A DNA stretch of 64,000 bases from Escherichia coli (GTDB taxonomy: Bacteria; Pseudomonadota; Gammaproteobacteria; Enterobacterales; Enterobacteriaceae): NCBI RefSeq assembly GCF_003334815.1, contig NZ_QOWO01000025.1, one strand, 5' to 3'. The notes under the pieces are model-generated. The model had not been told where the DNA came from and ran no database searches. It worked only from the letters and a program-made list of their open reading frames with translations. A program made the position numbers and the translations under genes. This document shows, one piece after another, positions 1-11,617 of the stretch. Numbering within the stretch: the stretch's first letter is position 1; the number at the start of each line of letters is the position of its first letter.

Positions 1-296
1 GGCATTTTCCAGCCGGGGCCGAGGCTCCCCACCGGCGCGGGCGTTTTTGTCCGGTAACTGCTGTAGGTGCGGGAGAGAATGAACGGCAGCGGGCCGGGCA
101 GGGCGATGTCGGTTTCACCGGGAAGGACCTTTGCACCGAGCAGCGGATTGACCGGATGGCCGGACGTCACCCCGCCGGGGCACACCGAACAGGCCACGCC
201 GGTGGGGGCACCGATGCGTACCCCGGCTGAACCCTGGACAATGCTACCGCCATACTGCGTCATGTCGCCCTGACGCGCCGCCGGTTTTCCGCTCAT
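1..296 (-). CDS. rhsC: Rhs-family protein, N-terminal part only (gene continues beyond window start)
   Basis: Reverse-complement translation from ATG at 294-296 gives MSGKPAARQGDMTQYGGSIVQGSAGVRIGAPTGVACSVCPGG..., the conserved Rhs N-terminus; position next to ybfA/kdp matches rhsC context. Confidence 0.75.
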   Translation of the reverse strand, partial: MSGKPAARQGDMTQYGGSIVQGSAGVRIGAPTGVACSVCPGGVTSGHPVNPLLGAKVLPGETDIALPGPLPFILSRTYSSYRTKTPAPVGSLGPGWKM

Positions 297-483
297 CTGC
301 TCATCCTTGTTTTATCGGGTTATTTGTCTGCTGACAGGCGAAACCCTACAGATTTATAAGAAAGCCTTAAGTGAGATATCTGTCAGATAAGAACAATTAG
401 GAAAATATTTATATATATTTCATGAATATATGTTTCGATTGGTATAACGATGTCTAAATATTCCTCTGAACATCTTCCTGATA

Positions 484-517
484 CAAAAAACCGCCAGCGT
501 TTCCGCTGGCGGTTTTC
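484..517 (-). terminator. Rho-independent terminator downstream of ybfA
   Basis: GC hairpin ccgccagcg/cgctggcgg with flanking A/T run, immediately 3' of ybfA on minus strand. Confidence 0.6.
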
Positions 518-538
518 AATGTATTCAAAACTCAGCAA

Positions 539-745
539 TCAATAAAAATCACCAGTTGCCTTTTCGGCCTGATCCATCCACACCGGTTTATCGCTGGTTT
601 TCGACCAGACGCGATGCAGGTAGCTGTAAAAGCGGGCGCGGTCTTTCCAGAAAAGCATGAAAGGCAGCGCCAGAACGCCCGCTGCAACCGCATAAGTACG
701 GCGTAAAAAGATAAGCCATGCAGGATATTCTCTGTAGAGTTCCAT
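539..745 (-). CDS. ybfA: DUF2517 small protein YbfA
   Basis: 68-aa [26 protein letters not shown]... matches recalled YbfA; conserved position upstream of kdp operon. Confidence 0.8.
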
Positions 746-956
746 ACTTTTCTCCCCCTTTTGTATCTACCCGGTGAATGGCACCGGAAAAATGAATTTG
801 TTTATCTGATGAAAATAGTACCGCCTTTTGTGTAATTTTACTACTCATCCGACCACTTATTTTTGCTTATTGATGGTTTATTTACATTCATCCTGTAATT
901 AAGTTACACAAAAGTTAAATTAATACTAAACATTAGTTAAATCATGGCTTTTGCCA

Positions 957-1030
957 TTTTTATACTTTTTTTACACCCCGCCCGCAGATTTTTGCGAAAT
1001 CTTTGCAGCCAGAATTCTACCCTTCCGGTA
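957..1030 (+). promoter_or_regulatory. kdpFABC promoter region with KdpE-binding T-rich box
   Basis: Sequence ttttatactttttttacaccccgcccg about 75-100 bp upstream of kdpF resembles the recalled KdpE operator of PkdpF. Confidence 0.5.
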
Positions 1031-1057
1031 TCACTTTTAGGCCACTGGAGGTGCACT

Positions 1058-1147
1058 GTGAGTGCAGGCGTGATAACCGGCGTATTGCTGGTGTTTTTAT
1101 TACTGGGTTATCTGGTTTATGCCCTGATCAATGCGGAGGCGTTCTGA
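1058..1147 (+). CDS. kdpF: K+-transporting ATPase small subunit KdpF
   Basis: GTG start; 29-aa hydrophobic peptide [29 protein letters not shown]; stop overlaps kdpA ATG. Confidence 0.85.
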
Positions 1148-2820
1148 TGGCTGCGCAAGGGTTCTTACTGATCGCCACGTTTTTACTGGTGTTAATGGTG
1201 CTGGCGCGTCCTTTAGGCAGCGGGCTGGCGCGGCTGATTAATGACATTCCTCTTCCCGGTACAACGGGCGTTGAGCGCGTACTTTTTCGCGCACTTGGCG
1301 TCTCTGACCGTGAGATGAACTGGAAGCAATATCTTTGTGCCATTCTCGGCCTGAACATGCTGGGGCTGGCGGTGCTGTTTTTTATGTTGCTCGGTCAGCA
1401 CTATCTGCCGCTTAATCCACAGCAGTTGCCAGGGCTGTCGTGGGATCTGGCGCTGAATACCGCCGTCAGCTTTGTCACCAATACCAACTGGCAATCTTAT
1501 AGCGGTGAAACCACGTTGAGCTATTTCAGCCAGATGGCGGGCTTAACGGTGCAAAACTTTCTTTCTGCCGCCAGCGGGATTGCGGTGATTTTTGCCCTCA
1601 TCCGTGCGTTTACCCGCCAGAGCATGAGCACGCTCGGGAATGCCTGGGTCGATCTGCTACGCATCACGTTATGGGTGCTAGTCCCTGTGGCGTTGTTGAT
1701 TGCACTGTTTTTTATTCAACAAGGTGCGCTGCAAAACTTTCTGCCTTATCAGGCTGTGAATACCGTTGAAGGAGCGCAACAGCTGTTACCCATGGGGCCT
1801 GTAGCTTCTCAGGAAGCGATCAAGATGCTCGGTACTAACGGCGGTGGCTTCTTTAATGCCAACTCGTCGCATCCGTTTGAAAACCCAACCGCACTGACCA
1901 ACTTCGTGCAGATGCTGGCGATCTTCTTGATCCCAACGGCGCTGTGCTTTGCCTTTGGTGAAGTGACGGGCGATCGCCGCCAGGGGCGCATGTTGCTGTG
2001 GGCGATGTCAGTGATTTTTGTCATCTGCGTAGGCGTGGTGATGTGGGCAGAAGTTCAGGGTAATCCTCATCTGCTGGCACTGGGCACGGACAGCAGCATC
2101 AATATGGAAGGTAAAGAGAGCCGTTTCGGCGTGCTGGTCAGTAGCCTGTTTGCGGTCGTGACGACGGCGGCTTCCTGTGGCGCGGTGATTGCGATGCATG
2201 ATTCGTTTACCGCTCTCGGTGGCATGGTGCCGATGTGGCTGATGCAAATTGGTGAAGTGGTGTTCGGCGGTGTCGGTTCTGGTCTTTACGGCATGATGCT
2301 GTTTGTCCTGCTGGCGGTGTTTATTGCCGGGCTGATGATTGGTCGTACACCGGAATATCTGGGTAAAAAAATCGACGTACGCGAGATGAAACTGACTGCA
2401 CTGGCAATTCTGGTTACCCCGACGCTGGTGCTGATGGGCGCGGCGTTGGCGATGATGACCGACGCCGGACGTAGCGCCATGCTCAACCCTGGCCCGCATG
2501 GTTTTAGCGAAGTGCTGTACGCCGTGTCATCCGCCGCTAACAACAACGGCAGCGCCTTTGCCGGATTAAGCGCCAACTCTCCGTTCTGGAACTGTTTACT
2601 GGCGTTCTGCATGTTTGTCGGTCGCTTCGGGGTGATTATCCCGGTGATGGCAATTGCCGGTTCGCTGGTGAGTAAAAAGAGCCAAGCCGCCAGCTCCGGC
2701 ACGCTGCCAACGCACGGCCCGCTGTTTGTTGGCCTGTTAATCGGCACCGTGTTGCTGGTTGGCGCACTGACCTTTATCCCTGCCCTGGCGCTTGGTCCGG
2801 TGGCGGAATATCTCTCCTGA
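1147..2820 (+). CDS. kdpA: K+-transporting ATPase subunit A
   Basis: 557-aa product starting [14 protein letters not shown]; six-frame ORF 1003-2820 trimmed to the known start. Confidence 0.95.
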
Positions 2821-2842
2821 TGATATTGAGTGAGCACTGAAT

Positions 2843-4891
2843 ATGAGTCGTAAACAACTGGCGCTATTCGAACCAACACTTGTCGTTCAGGCGCTGAAAG
2901 AAGCGGTGAAAAAATTAAACCCGCAGGCGCAATGGCGCAATCCGGTGATGTTTATCGTCTGGATCGGCAGTCTGCTGACCACCTGTATTAGCATCGCGAT
3001 GGCAAGCGGTGCGATGCCCGGCAATGCGCTGTTTAGCGCGGCCATTAGCGGTTGGCTGTGGATCACCGTACTGTTCGCTAATTTCGCCGAGGCGCTGGCA
3101 GAAGGCCGCAGTAAAGCGCAGGCCAACAGTCTGAAAGGGGTGAAAAAAACTGCCTTTGCCCGCAAGCTGCGTGAGCCGAAATATGGCGCTGCGGCGGACA
3201 AAGTTCCTGCCGACCAACTTCGTAAAGGCGATATCGTACTGGTAGAAGCTGGCGATATTATCCCCTGCGATGGTGAAGTTATTGAAGGGGGTGCATCGGT
3301 CGATGAAAGCGCCATCACCGGGGAATCGGCACCGGTGATCCGTGAATCCGGCGGCGATTTTGCCTCCGTCACCGGCGGCACGCGTATTCTTTCTGACTGG
3401 CTGGTGATTGAGTGTAGCGTTAACCCCGGCGAGACATTTCTGGATCGGATGATCGCGATGGTGGAAGGCGCACAGCGACGCAAAACGCCGAACGAAATTG
3501 CCCTGACCATTCTGCTGATTGCCCTGACTATCGTCTTTTTACTGGCAACCGCCACGCTGTGGCCGTTTTCCGCGTGGGGCGGTAATGCAGTCAGCGTAAC
3601 GGTACTGGTGGCGCTGCTGGTCTGTCTGATCCCAACCACTATTGGCGGCCTGTTGTCAGCGATCGGCGTCGCCGGGATGAGCCGGATGCTAGGCGCGAAT
3701 GTGATTGCCACCAGCGGACGTGCAGTTGAAGCGGCAGGTGACGTTGACGTTCTGCTACTGGATAAAACCGGCACCATCACACTCGGTAACCGTCAGGCGT
3801 CGGAGTTTATCCCCGCGCAGGGCGTGGATGAAAAAACGCTGGCTGACGCCGCACAACTGGCTTCGCTGGCTGATGAAACGCCGGAAGGCCGCAGTATTGT
3901 GATCCTCGCCAAGCAGCGTTTTAACCTGCGCGAGCGCGATGTGCAGTCGCTCCATGCCACCTTTGTACCGTTTACTGCGCAAAGCCGGATGAGCGGGATC
4001 AACATCGACAACCGCATGATCCGTAAAGGTTCTGTCGATGCCATTCGTCGCCATGTTGAGGCTAACGGTGGTCACTTCCCTACCGATGTTGATCAAAAAG
4101 TCGATCAGGTTGCGCGTCAGGGAGCCACGCCGCTGGTGGTGGTGGAAGGTTCTCGTGTGCTGGGCGTTATTGCGCTGAAAGATATCGTCAAAGGCGGTAT
4201 TAAAGAGCGCTTCGCCCAGCTGCGCAAAATGGGCATTAAAACGGTGATGATTACCGGCGATAACCGTCTGACTGCCGCCGCGATTGCTGCGGAAGCGGGT
4301 GTCGATGATTTTCTCGCCGAAGCGACACCGGAGGCCAAGCTGGCATTGATCCGTCAGTATCAGGCGGAAGGTCGTTTGGTAGCGATGACCGGCGACGGCA
4401 CCAACGATGCTCCGGCGCTGGCGCAGGCAGATGTCGCGGTGGCGATGAACTCCGGCACCCAGGCGGCGAAAGAGGCGGGCAATATGGTCGATCTCGACTC
4501 TAACCCGACCAAGTTGATCGAGGTGGTGCACATTGGCAAACAGATGCTGATGACCCGTGGCTCGCTGACCACCTTCAGCATTGCCAACGATGTGGCGAAA
4601 TACTTCGCCATTATTCCGGCGGCATTCGCGGCAACGTATCCGCAGTTAAATGCGCTGAACATCATGTGCCTGCATTCGCCCGACTCCGCAATCCTCAGTG
4701 CGGTGATTTTCAACGCCTTGATTATCGTCTTTTTGATTCCCCTGGCGTTAAAAGGCGTGAGTTATAAACCGCTTACCGCTTCTGCCATGTTGCGCCGTAA
4801 CTTATGGATTTACGGTCTGGGTGGGCTGCTGGTGCCGTTTATCGGTATCAAAGTCATTGATTTACTGCTGACCGTTTGCGGTCTGGTGTGA
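2843..4891 (+). CDS. kdpB: K+-transporting P-type ATPase subunit B
   Basis: 682-aa ORF with P-type ATPase motifs ([20 protein letters not shown]). Confidence 0.95.
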
Positions 4892-4899
4892 GGTTTACC

Positions 4900-5472
4900 A
4901 TGAGTGGATTACGTCCGGCATTATCAACATTTATCTTTCTGTTATTGATTACTGGCGGCGTTTACCCGCTGCTGACCACCGTACTGGGGCAATGGTGGTT
5001 TCCCTGGCAGGCCAATGGTTCGTTGATTCGTGAAGGTGATACGGTGCGCGGTTCGGCATTAATCGGGCAGAATTTTACCGGCAACGGCTATTTTCATGGT
5101 CGCCCGTCGGCAACGGCAGAAATGCCCTATAATCCACAGGCTTCTGGCGGGAGCAATCTGGCGGTCAGTAACCCTGAGCTGGATAAACTAATAGCCGCAC
5201 GCGTTGCTGCATTACGGGCCGCTAACCCGGATGCCAGCGCGAGCGTTCCGGTTGAACTGGTGACGGCATCGGCAAGCGGGCTGGACAATAATATCACCCC
5301 GCAAGCGGCGGCCTGGCAAATCCCACGCGTGGCGAAAGCGCGTAATCTCAGCGTTGAACAGCTCACGCAACTGATCGCAAAATACAGCCAACAACCGCTG
5401 GTGAAATATATCGGCCAGCCGGTTGTCAACATTGTTGAACTCAATCTGGCGCTGGATAAACTTGATGAATAA
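4900..5472 (+). CDS. kdpC: K+-transporting ATPase subunit C
   Basis: 190-aa product starting [20 protein letters not shown]; follows kdpB. Confidence 0.9.
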
Positions 5473-8149
5473 CGAACCCTTACGTCCCGACCCCGATCGT
5501 CTGCTGGAACAAACTGCCGCGCCGCATCGGGGGAAGCTGAAAGTTTTCTTCGGTGCCTGTGCAGGCGTCGGGAAGACCTGGGCGATGCTGGCAGAAGCCC
5601 AGCGACTGCGGGCGCAAGGGCTGGATATTGTGGTTGGCGTGGTAGAAACCCACGGGCGAAAAGATACCGCCGCCATGCTGGAAGGGCTGGCTGTTCTGCC
5701 GTTAAAACGCCAGGCGTACCGTGGGCGGCATATCAGCGAGTTTGATCTCGATGCCGCCCTCGCCCGCCGCCCGGCGCTGATCTTAATGGACGAACTGGCG
5801 CACAGTAATGCGCCAGGTTCCCGTCATCCCAAACGCTGGCAGGATATCGAAGAACTGCTGGAAGCTGGCATTGATGTTTTCACTACCGTCAACGTTCAGC
5901 ATCTGGAAAGTCTGAATGATGTGGTCAGCGGCGTCACCGGAATTCAGGTACGGGAAACCGTGCCCGATCCTTTTTTCGATGCCGCCGACGACGTGGTGCT
6001 GGTGGACTTGCCCCCGGACGATCTGCGCCAGCGGCTGAAAGAAGGCAAAGTCTATATTGCCGGGCAGGCGGAGCGCGCCATTGAACATTTTTTCCGCAAA
6101 GGTAATCTGATCGCCCTGCGCGAACTGGCACTGCGCCGTACTGCCGATCGCGTTGATGAGCAAATGCGCGCCTGGCGGGGGCATCCTGGCGAAGAGAAAG
6201 TGTGGCACACGCGCGACGCGATCCTTTTATGCATCGGCCATAACACCGGCAGCGAAAAACTGGTCCGCGCAGCGGCGCGGCTGGCGTCACGGCTGGGTAG
6301 CGTCTGGCACGCGGTGTATGTTGAAACCCCTGCCCTGCACCGCTTACCGGAAAAAAAACGTCGGGCAATTCTCAGCGCCTTACGTCTGGCGCAGGAACTG
6401 GGCGCGGAGACGGCAACACTTTCTGATCCAGCGGAAGAGAAAGCGGTAGTGCGTTATGCCCGTGAACATAATCTCGGCAAGATTATTCTCGGTCGCCCGG
6501 CCTCGCGCCGCTGGTGGCGTCGGGAAACGTTTGCTGACCGACTGGCGCGCATCGCCCCCGATCTCGATCAGGTGCTGGTCGCGCTTGATGAACCACCCGC
6601 CCGCACGATTAACAACGCGCCGGATAACCGCTCTTTTAAAGACAAGTGGCGTGTACAAATTCAGGGATGCGTGGTTGCCGCCGCGTTATGCGCCGTTATC
6701 ACCTTAATTGCCATGCAGTGGCTGATGGCGTTTGATGCCGCCAACCTGGTGATGCTGTATCTGCTTGGCGTGGTGGTGGTGGCGCTATTTTATGGACGCT
6801 GGCCTTCAGTGGTTGCCACCGTCATTAATGTAGTGAGTTTCGATCTCTTTTTTATCGCCCCACGCGGCACGCTCGCCGTCTCTGATGTGCAATATCTGCT
6901 GACCTTCGCGGTGATGTTAACCGTCGGGCTGGTGATCGGGAACCTTACTGCTGGCGTGCGTTATCAGGCGCGGGTAGCCCGTTACCGCGAGCAACGCACA
7001 CGGCACTTATATGAAATGTCGAAAGCTCTGGCGGTGGGCCGCAGTCCGCAGGATATCGCTGCCACCAGCGAACAATTTATTGCCTCCACGTTTCATGCCC
7101 GCAGTCAGGTGTTGTTGCCCGATGACAACGGTAAATTGCAGCCGTTAACACATCCGCAAGGAATGACGCCGTGGGACGATGCCATCGCGCAGTGGAGTTT
7201 TGATAAAGGCCTGCCTGCGGGCGCGGGCACCGACACGTTACCCGGTGTACCGTACCAGATTTTGCCGCTAAAAAGCGGCGAGAAAACCTACGGGCTGGTG
7301 GTGGTGGAGCCGGGGAATCTGCGCCAGTTGATGATCCCGGAACAGCAGCGCCTGCTGGAGACGTTTACGCTGTTAGTCGCCAATGCCCTTGAGCGGCTGA
7401 CGCTAACCGCCAGCGAAGAACAGGCGCGGATGGCAAGCGAACGTGAACAGATCCGCAACGCCCTGCTGGCGGCGCTTTCGCATGATTTACGCACGCCGCT
7501 TACGGTGCTGTTTGGTCAGGCAGAAATCTTAACGCTCGATCTGGCAAGCGAAGGATCACCCCACGCCCGCCAGGCCAGCGAGATCCGTCAGCATGTGCTG
7601 AACACTACCCGACTGGTGAATAATCTACTGGATATGGCGCGAATTCAGTCCGGCGGCTTTAATTTGAAGAAAGAGTGGTTAACGCTGGAAGAAGTAGTCG
7701 GCAGCGCGCTGCAAATGCTGGAACCGGGTTTATCGTCGCCCATCAATCTTTCTCTGCCAGAACCGCTGACCTTAATCCACGTTGACGGGCCACTCTTTGA
7801 ACGGGTGCTGATTAATCTGCTGGAGAACGCGGTGAAATATGCGGGTGCGCAGGCCGAAATTGGTATCGATGCCCACGTTGAGGGCGAAAATCTACAACTG
7901 GATGTCTGGGATAACGGCCCCGGTCTTCCGCCAGGCCAGGAGCAGACGATATTTGATAAGTTTGCTCGCGGGAATAAAGAGTCGGCAGTACCGGGGGTAG
8001 GGCTTGGACTGGCAATTTGTCGGGCGATAGTGGATGTACACGGGGGCACTATTACCGCGTTCAACCGACCGGAAGGTGGTGCCTGTTTTCGTGTTACACT
8101 TCCCCAGCAAACTGCCCCTGAACTTGAAGAATTTCATGAGGATATGTGA
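5465..8149 (+). CDS. kdpD: Sensor histidine kinase KdpD
   Basis: 894-aa product starting [16 protein letters not shown]; Usp-like and TM regions, H-box SHDLRTPL, HATPase motifs; overlaps kdpC end and kdpE start. Confidence 0.95.
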   Translation: MNNEPLRPDPDRLLEQTAAPHRGKLKVFFGACAGVGKTWAMLAEAQRLRAQGLDIVVGVVETHGRKDTAAMLEGLAVLPLKRQAYRGRHISEFDLDAALARRPALILMDELAHSNAPGSRHPKRWQDIEELLEAGIDVFTTVNVQHLESLNDVVSGVTGIQVRETVPDPFFDAADDVVLVDLPPDDLRQRLKEGKVYIAGQAERAIEHFFRKGNLIALRELALRRTADRVDEQMRAWRGHPGEEKVWHTRDAILLCIGHNTGSEKLVRAAARLASRLGSVWHAVYVETPALHRLPEKKRRAILSALRLAQELGAETATLSDPAEEKAVVRYAREHNLGKIILGRPASRRWWRRETFADRLARIAPDLDQVLVALDEPPARTINNAPDNRSFKDKWRVQIQGCVVAAALCAVITLIAMQWLMAFDAANLVMLYLLGVVVVALFYGRWPSVVATVINVVSFDLFFIAPRGTLAVSDVQYLLTFAVMLTVGLVIGNLTAGVRYQARVARYREQRTRHLYEMSKALAVGRSPQDIAATSEQFIASTFHARSQVLLPDDNGKLQPLTHPQGMTPWDDAIAQWSFDKGLPAGAGTDTLPGVPYQILPLKSGEKTYGLVVVEPGNLRQLMIPEQQRLLETFTLLVANALERLTLTASEEQARMASEREQIRNALLAALSHDLRTPLTVLFGQAEILTLDLASEGSPHARQASEIRQHVLNTTRLVNNLLDMARIQSGGFNLKKEWLTLEEVVGSALQMLEPGLSSPINLSLPEPLTLIHVDGPLFERVLINLLENAVKYAGAQAEIGIDAHVEGENLQLDVWDNGPGLPPGQEQTIFDKFARGNKESAVPGVGLGLAICRAIVDVHGGTITAFNRPEGGACFRVTLPQQTAPELEEFHEDM

Positions 8150-8823
8150 CAAACGTTCTGATTGTTGAAGATGAACAGGCTATTCGTCGCTTTCTGCGCA
8201 CGGCGCTGGAGGGCGACGGGATGCGCGTCTTTGAGGCCGAAACGCTGCAACGCGGCTTGCTGGAAGCGGCAACCCGTAAGCCAGATTTGATTATTCTCGA
8301 TCTCGGCCTGCCCGATGGTGATGGGATTGAGTTTATCCGCGACCTGCGCCAGTGGAGCGCGGTGCCGGTGATTGTGCTTTCCGCACGCAGCGAAGAGAGC
8401 GACAAAATCGCCGCGCTGGATGCCGGAGCGGATGATTATCTGAGTAAGCCGTTTGGCATTGGCGAATTGCAGGCCCGTCTGCGCGTCGCATTACGCCGCC
8501 ACTCTGCCACCACCGCGCCCGATCCGCTGGTAAAATTTTCCGATGTTACCGTCGATTTAGCCGCCCGCGTGATTCACCGGGGTGAGGAAGAGGTGCATCT
8601 CACACCAATTGAGTTCCGCCTGCTGGCGGTGCTGCTCAACAATGCCGGAAAAGTACTCACCCAGCGCCAGCTCCTTAACCAGGTGTGGGGGCCAAACGCG
8701 GTCGAACACAGTCACTATTTGCGTATTTATATGGGACATCTGCGACAAAAACTGGAACAGGATCCCGCCCGCCCACGCCATTTCATTACTGAAACCGGTA
8801 TTGGCTATCGGTTTATGCTTTGA
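8146..8823 (+). CDS. kdpE: Response regulator KdpE (OmpR family)
   Basis: 225-aa [20 protein letters not shown]...; receiver domain plus winged-helix C-terminus; 4-bp overlap with kdpD. Confidence 0.95.
   Translation: MTNVLIVEDEQAIRRFLRTALEGDGMRVFEAETLQRGLLEAATRKPDLIILDLGLPDGDGIEFIRDLRQWSAVPVIVLSARSEESDKIAALDAGADDYLSKPFGIGELQARLRVALRRHSATTAPDPLVKFSDVTVDLAARVIHRGEEEVHLTPIEFRLLAVLLNNAGKVLTQRQLLNQVWGPNAVEHSHYLRIYMGHLRQKLEQDPARPRHFITETGIGYRFML
8694..8823 (+). repeat. Direct repeat copy 1 (3' end of kdpE)
   Basis: About 130 bp, roughly 92% identical to 13029-13158 by manual alignment. Confidence 0.85.
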
Positions 8824-8858
8824 ATATTAATTTTAATACAGCCTGCCTTTTATTAATT

Positions 8859-8888
8859 AAAGCCGTAATAATAAATACGGCTTTTTAT
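8859..8888 (+). terminator. Rho-independent terminator after kdpE
   Basis: Hairpin agccgta...tacggct followed by a T-run. Confidence 0.55.
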
Positions 8889-9056
8889 CTTAAACAACAC
8901 ACAAAAATAACAATTCAATATTTTATATTACTGAGTAAAAAGCTCATCATTAAATAAATTAAGATTGATCATTTTTTATTGATCACCTTCACAGTTCAAC
9001 CGTATTTCCTGGATAGAATATCTTCACCTTCATTCACATCAGGAAAGGTAAATTAA

Positions 9057-9161
9057 ATGGAAAATAACAGCCGCACTATGCCCCATATAAGGCGGACAAC
9101 TCATATTATGAAGTTTGCTCATCGCAATAGCTTCGACTTTCACTTCTTCAATGCCCGTTAG
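9057..9161 (+). CDS. speFL: speF leader peptide (ornithine-sensing ribosome arrest peptide SpeFL)
   Basis: 34 codons translating to MENNSRTMPHIRRTTHIMKFAHRNSFDFHFFNAR, matching the recalled SpeFL sequence; sits in the long speF leader. Confidence 0.8.
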   Translation: MENNSRTMPHIRRTTHIMKFAHRNSFDFHFFNAR

Positions 9162-9418
9162 TCTACCGACTAAGGGCACTTCAGCGTACAGGTCTTCCTG
9201 ACTCTCTGTATTACAGGCATATGCCTGTATTCCGCAGTGCTCATTCTCTGTTAACCCTTGTATTATCAGCCACCTGACTGGTAAGGGTTTCTGCATTCTG
9301 AAAAAAGCAATCTACCTGATTTATTTATCAGCGGGGTAACTTTGCTTTTTTCCGGCACGATCGATTTCTCATTCGAGAAATTGAGGACCTGCTATTACCT
9401 AAAATAAAGAGATGAAAA

Positions 9419-11617
9419 ATGTCAAAATTAAAAATTGCGGTTAGTGATTCTTGCCCGTACTGTTTTACCACGCAGCGAGAATGTATCTACATTAATGAAA
9501 GTCGTAATATCGATGTGGCGGCAATAGTTTTATCGCTCAACGATGTTACATGCGGAAAACTCGATGAAATCGATGCCACGGGTTATGGCATCCCGGTATT
9601 TATTGCTACTGAAAATCAAGAACGTGTACCCGCAGAGTATTTGCCCCGTATTTCGGGTGTCTTTGAGAATTGCGAATCGCGACGAGAATTTTATGGTCGC
9701 CAGTTAGAAACCGCTGCCAGCCATTATGAAACTCAACTGCGCCCACCTTTCTTCCGCGCACTGGTCGATTATGTCAATCAAGGTAACAGCGCGTTTGATT
9801 GCCCTGGTCATCAGGGCGGCGAATTTTTCCGTCGCCATCCGGCGGGGAATCAGTTTGTGGAATACTTTGGTGAGGCGCTGTTCCGTGCCGACTTGTGCAA
9901 CGCCGACGTAGCGATGGGCGATCTGCTGATTCACGAAGGCGCGCCATGCATTGCACAGCAACATGCGGCAAAAGTGTTTAATGCCGATAAAACCTACTTC
10001 GTTTTAAATGGCACTTCATCTTCTAACAAAGTGGTTTTAAACGCCCTGCTAACACCGGGTGATCTGGTGCTGTTTGATCGCAATAACCACAAATCTAACC
10101 ACCACGGAGCGTTGCTACAGGCTGGTGCAACACCGGTTTATCTGGAAACGGCACGTAACCCGTATGGCTTTATCGGTGGCATTGATGCGCACTGTTTTGA
10201 AGAAAGTTACCTGCGTGAGCTGATCGCGGAAGTCGCACCGCAGCGGGCAAAAGAGGCTCGTCCTTTCCGCCTCGCTGTGATTCAGTTAGGCACCTACGAC
10301 GGTACGATTTATAACGCCCGCCAAGTGGTGGATAAAATTGGTCATCTGTGTGACTACATCCTGTTTGACTCAGCATGGGTCGGCTATGAACAGTTTATTC
10401 CGATGATGGCGGACTGTTCGCCGCTGTTGCTGGATCTTAATGAGAACGATCCGGGTATTCTGGTTACGCAATCTGTGCATAAACAACAGGCTGGTTTTTC
10501 TCAGACTTCACAAATTCATAAAAAAGACAGCCACATCAAAGGGCAACAGCGTTATGTACCGCACAAACGCATGAACAACGCCTTTATGATGCACGCCTCC
10601 ACCAGCCCGTTCTATCCGCTGTTTGCCGCACTGGATATCAACGCCAAAATGCATGAAGGTGTCAGCGGTCGTAATATGTGGATGGATTGTGTGGTAAATG
10701 GCATTAATGCCCGCAAACTGATCCTCGATAACTGTCAGCATATTCGTCCGTTCGTACCTGAACTGGTGGATGGTAAACCCTGGCAGTCGTATGAAACAGC
10801 GCAAATTGCGGTTGATCTGCGCTTCTTCCAGTTTGTACCAGGGGAACACTGGCATTCTTTTGAAGGCTATGCAGAGAATCAATACTTTGTCGATCCATGC
10901 AAACTGTTGCTGACAACCCCAGGTATTGATGCACGTAACGGCGAATATGAAGCGTTCGGTGTACCCGCGACGATTCTTGCTAACTTCCTGCGCGAAAATG
11001 GCGTAGTGCCGGAAAAATGCGATCTTAACTCCATCCTCTTCCTGCTGACTCCGGCAGAAGATATGGCCAAACTTCAGCAACTTGTTGCCCTGCTGGTACG
11101 CTTCGAAAAACTGCTTGAGTCCGACGCGCCATTAGCAGAAGTGCTACCTTCCATCTACAAACAGCATGAAGAGCGCTACGCCGGTTATACCCTGCGTCAG
11201 TTGTGTCAGGAAATGCATGATTTGTATGCCCGCCACAACGTGAAACAACTGCAAAAAGAGATGTTCCGTAAGGAGCACTTCCCACGCGTCAGCATGAATC
11301 CGCAAGAAGCCAACTACGCCTATTTACGCGGTGAAGTGGAACTGGTTCGTCTGCCGGATGCAGAAGGCCGTATCGCTGCCGAAGGTGCGCTTCCTTATCC
11401 TCCGGGTGTGCTGTGTGTTGTTCCGGGTGAAATCTGGGGTGGTGCTGTTCTGCGTTACTTCAGCGCTCTGGAAGAAGGGATCAACCTGCTGCCAGGTTTT
11501 GCACCGGAGCTGCAGGGTGTCTATATCGAAGAACATGATGGTCGTAAGCAAGTTTGGTGCTATGTCATCAAGCCTCGTGATGCGCAAAGCACCCTGTTGA
11601 AAGGGGAAAAATTATGA
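9419..11617 (+). CDS. speF: Inducible ornithine decarboxylase
   Basis: 732-aa ORF, PLP-dependent Orn/Lys/Arg decarboxylase family; followed by potE with 4-bp overlap. Confidence 0.95.
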   Translation: MSKLKIAVSDSCPYCFTTQRECIYINESRNIDVAAIVLSLNDVTCGKLDEIDATGYGIPVFIATENQERVPAEYLPRISGVFENCESRREFYGRQLETAASHYETQLRPPFFRALVDYVNQGNSAFDCPGHQGGEFFRRHPAGNQFVEYFGEALFRADLCNADVAMGDLLIHEGAPCIAQQHAAKVFNADKTYFVLNGTSSSNKVVLNALLTPGDLVLFDRNNHKSNHHGALLQAGATPVYLETARNPYGFIGGIDAHCFEESYLRELIAEVAPQRAKEARPFRLAVIQLGTYDGTIYNARQVVDKIGHLCDYILFDSAWVGYEQFIPMMADCSPLLLDLNENDPGILVTQSVHKQQAGFSQTSQIHKKDSHIKGQQRYVPHKRMNNAFMMHASTSPFYPLFAALDINAKMHEGVSGRNMWMDCVVNGINARKLILDNCQHIRPFVPELVDGKPWQSYETAQIAVDLRFFQFVPGEHWHSFEGYAENQYFVDPCKLLLTTPGIDARNGEYEAFGVPATILANFLRENGVVPEKCDLNSILFLLTPAEDMAKLQQLVALLVRFEKLLESDAPLAEVLPSIYKQHEERYAGYTLRQLCQEMHDLYARHNVKQLQKEMFRKEHFPRVSMNPQEANYAYLRGEVELVRLPDAEGRIAAEGALPYPPGVLCVVPGEIWGGAVLRYFSALEEGINLLPGFAPELQGVYIEEHDGRKQVWCYVIKPRDAQSTLLKGEKL

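Noticed and set aside
1003-1146. N-terminal extension of the kdpA ORF (605-aa version starting at 1003)
   Set aside because: The extension overlaps kdpF in another frame; the known KdpA start MAAQGF at 1147 coincides with the kdpF stop, a classic coupled arrangement.
2887-4531. Several long minus-strand ORFs (297 aa, 258 aa and others) inside kdpB
   Set aside because: Antisense to kdpB, whose P-type ATPase motifs are unambiguous on the plus strand.
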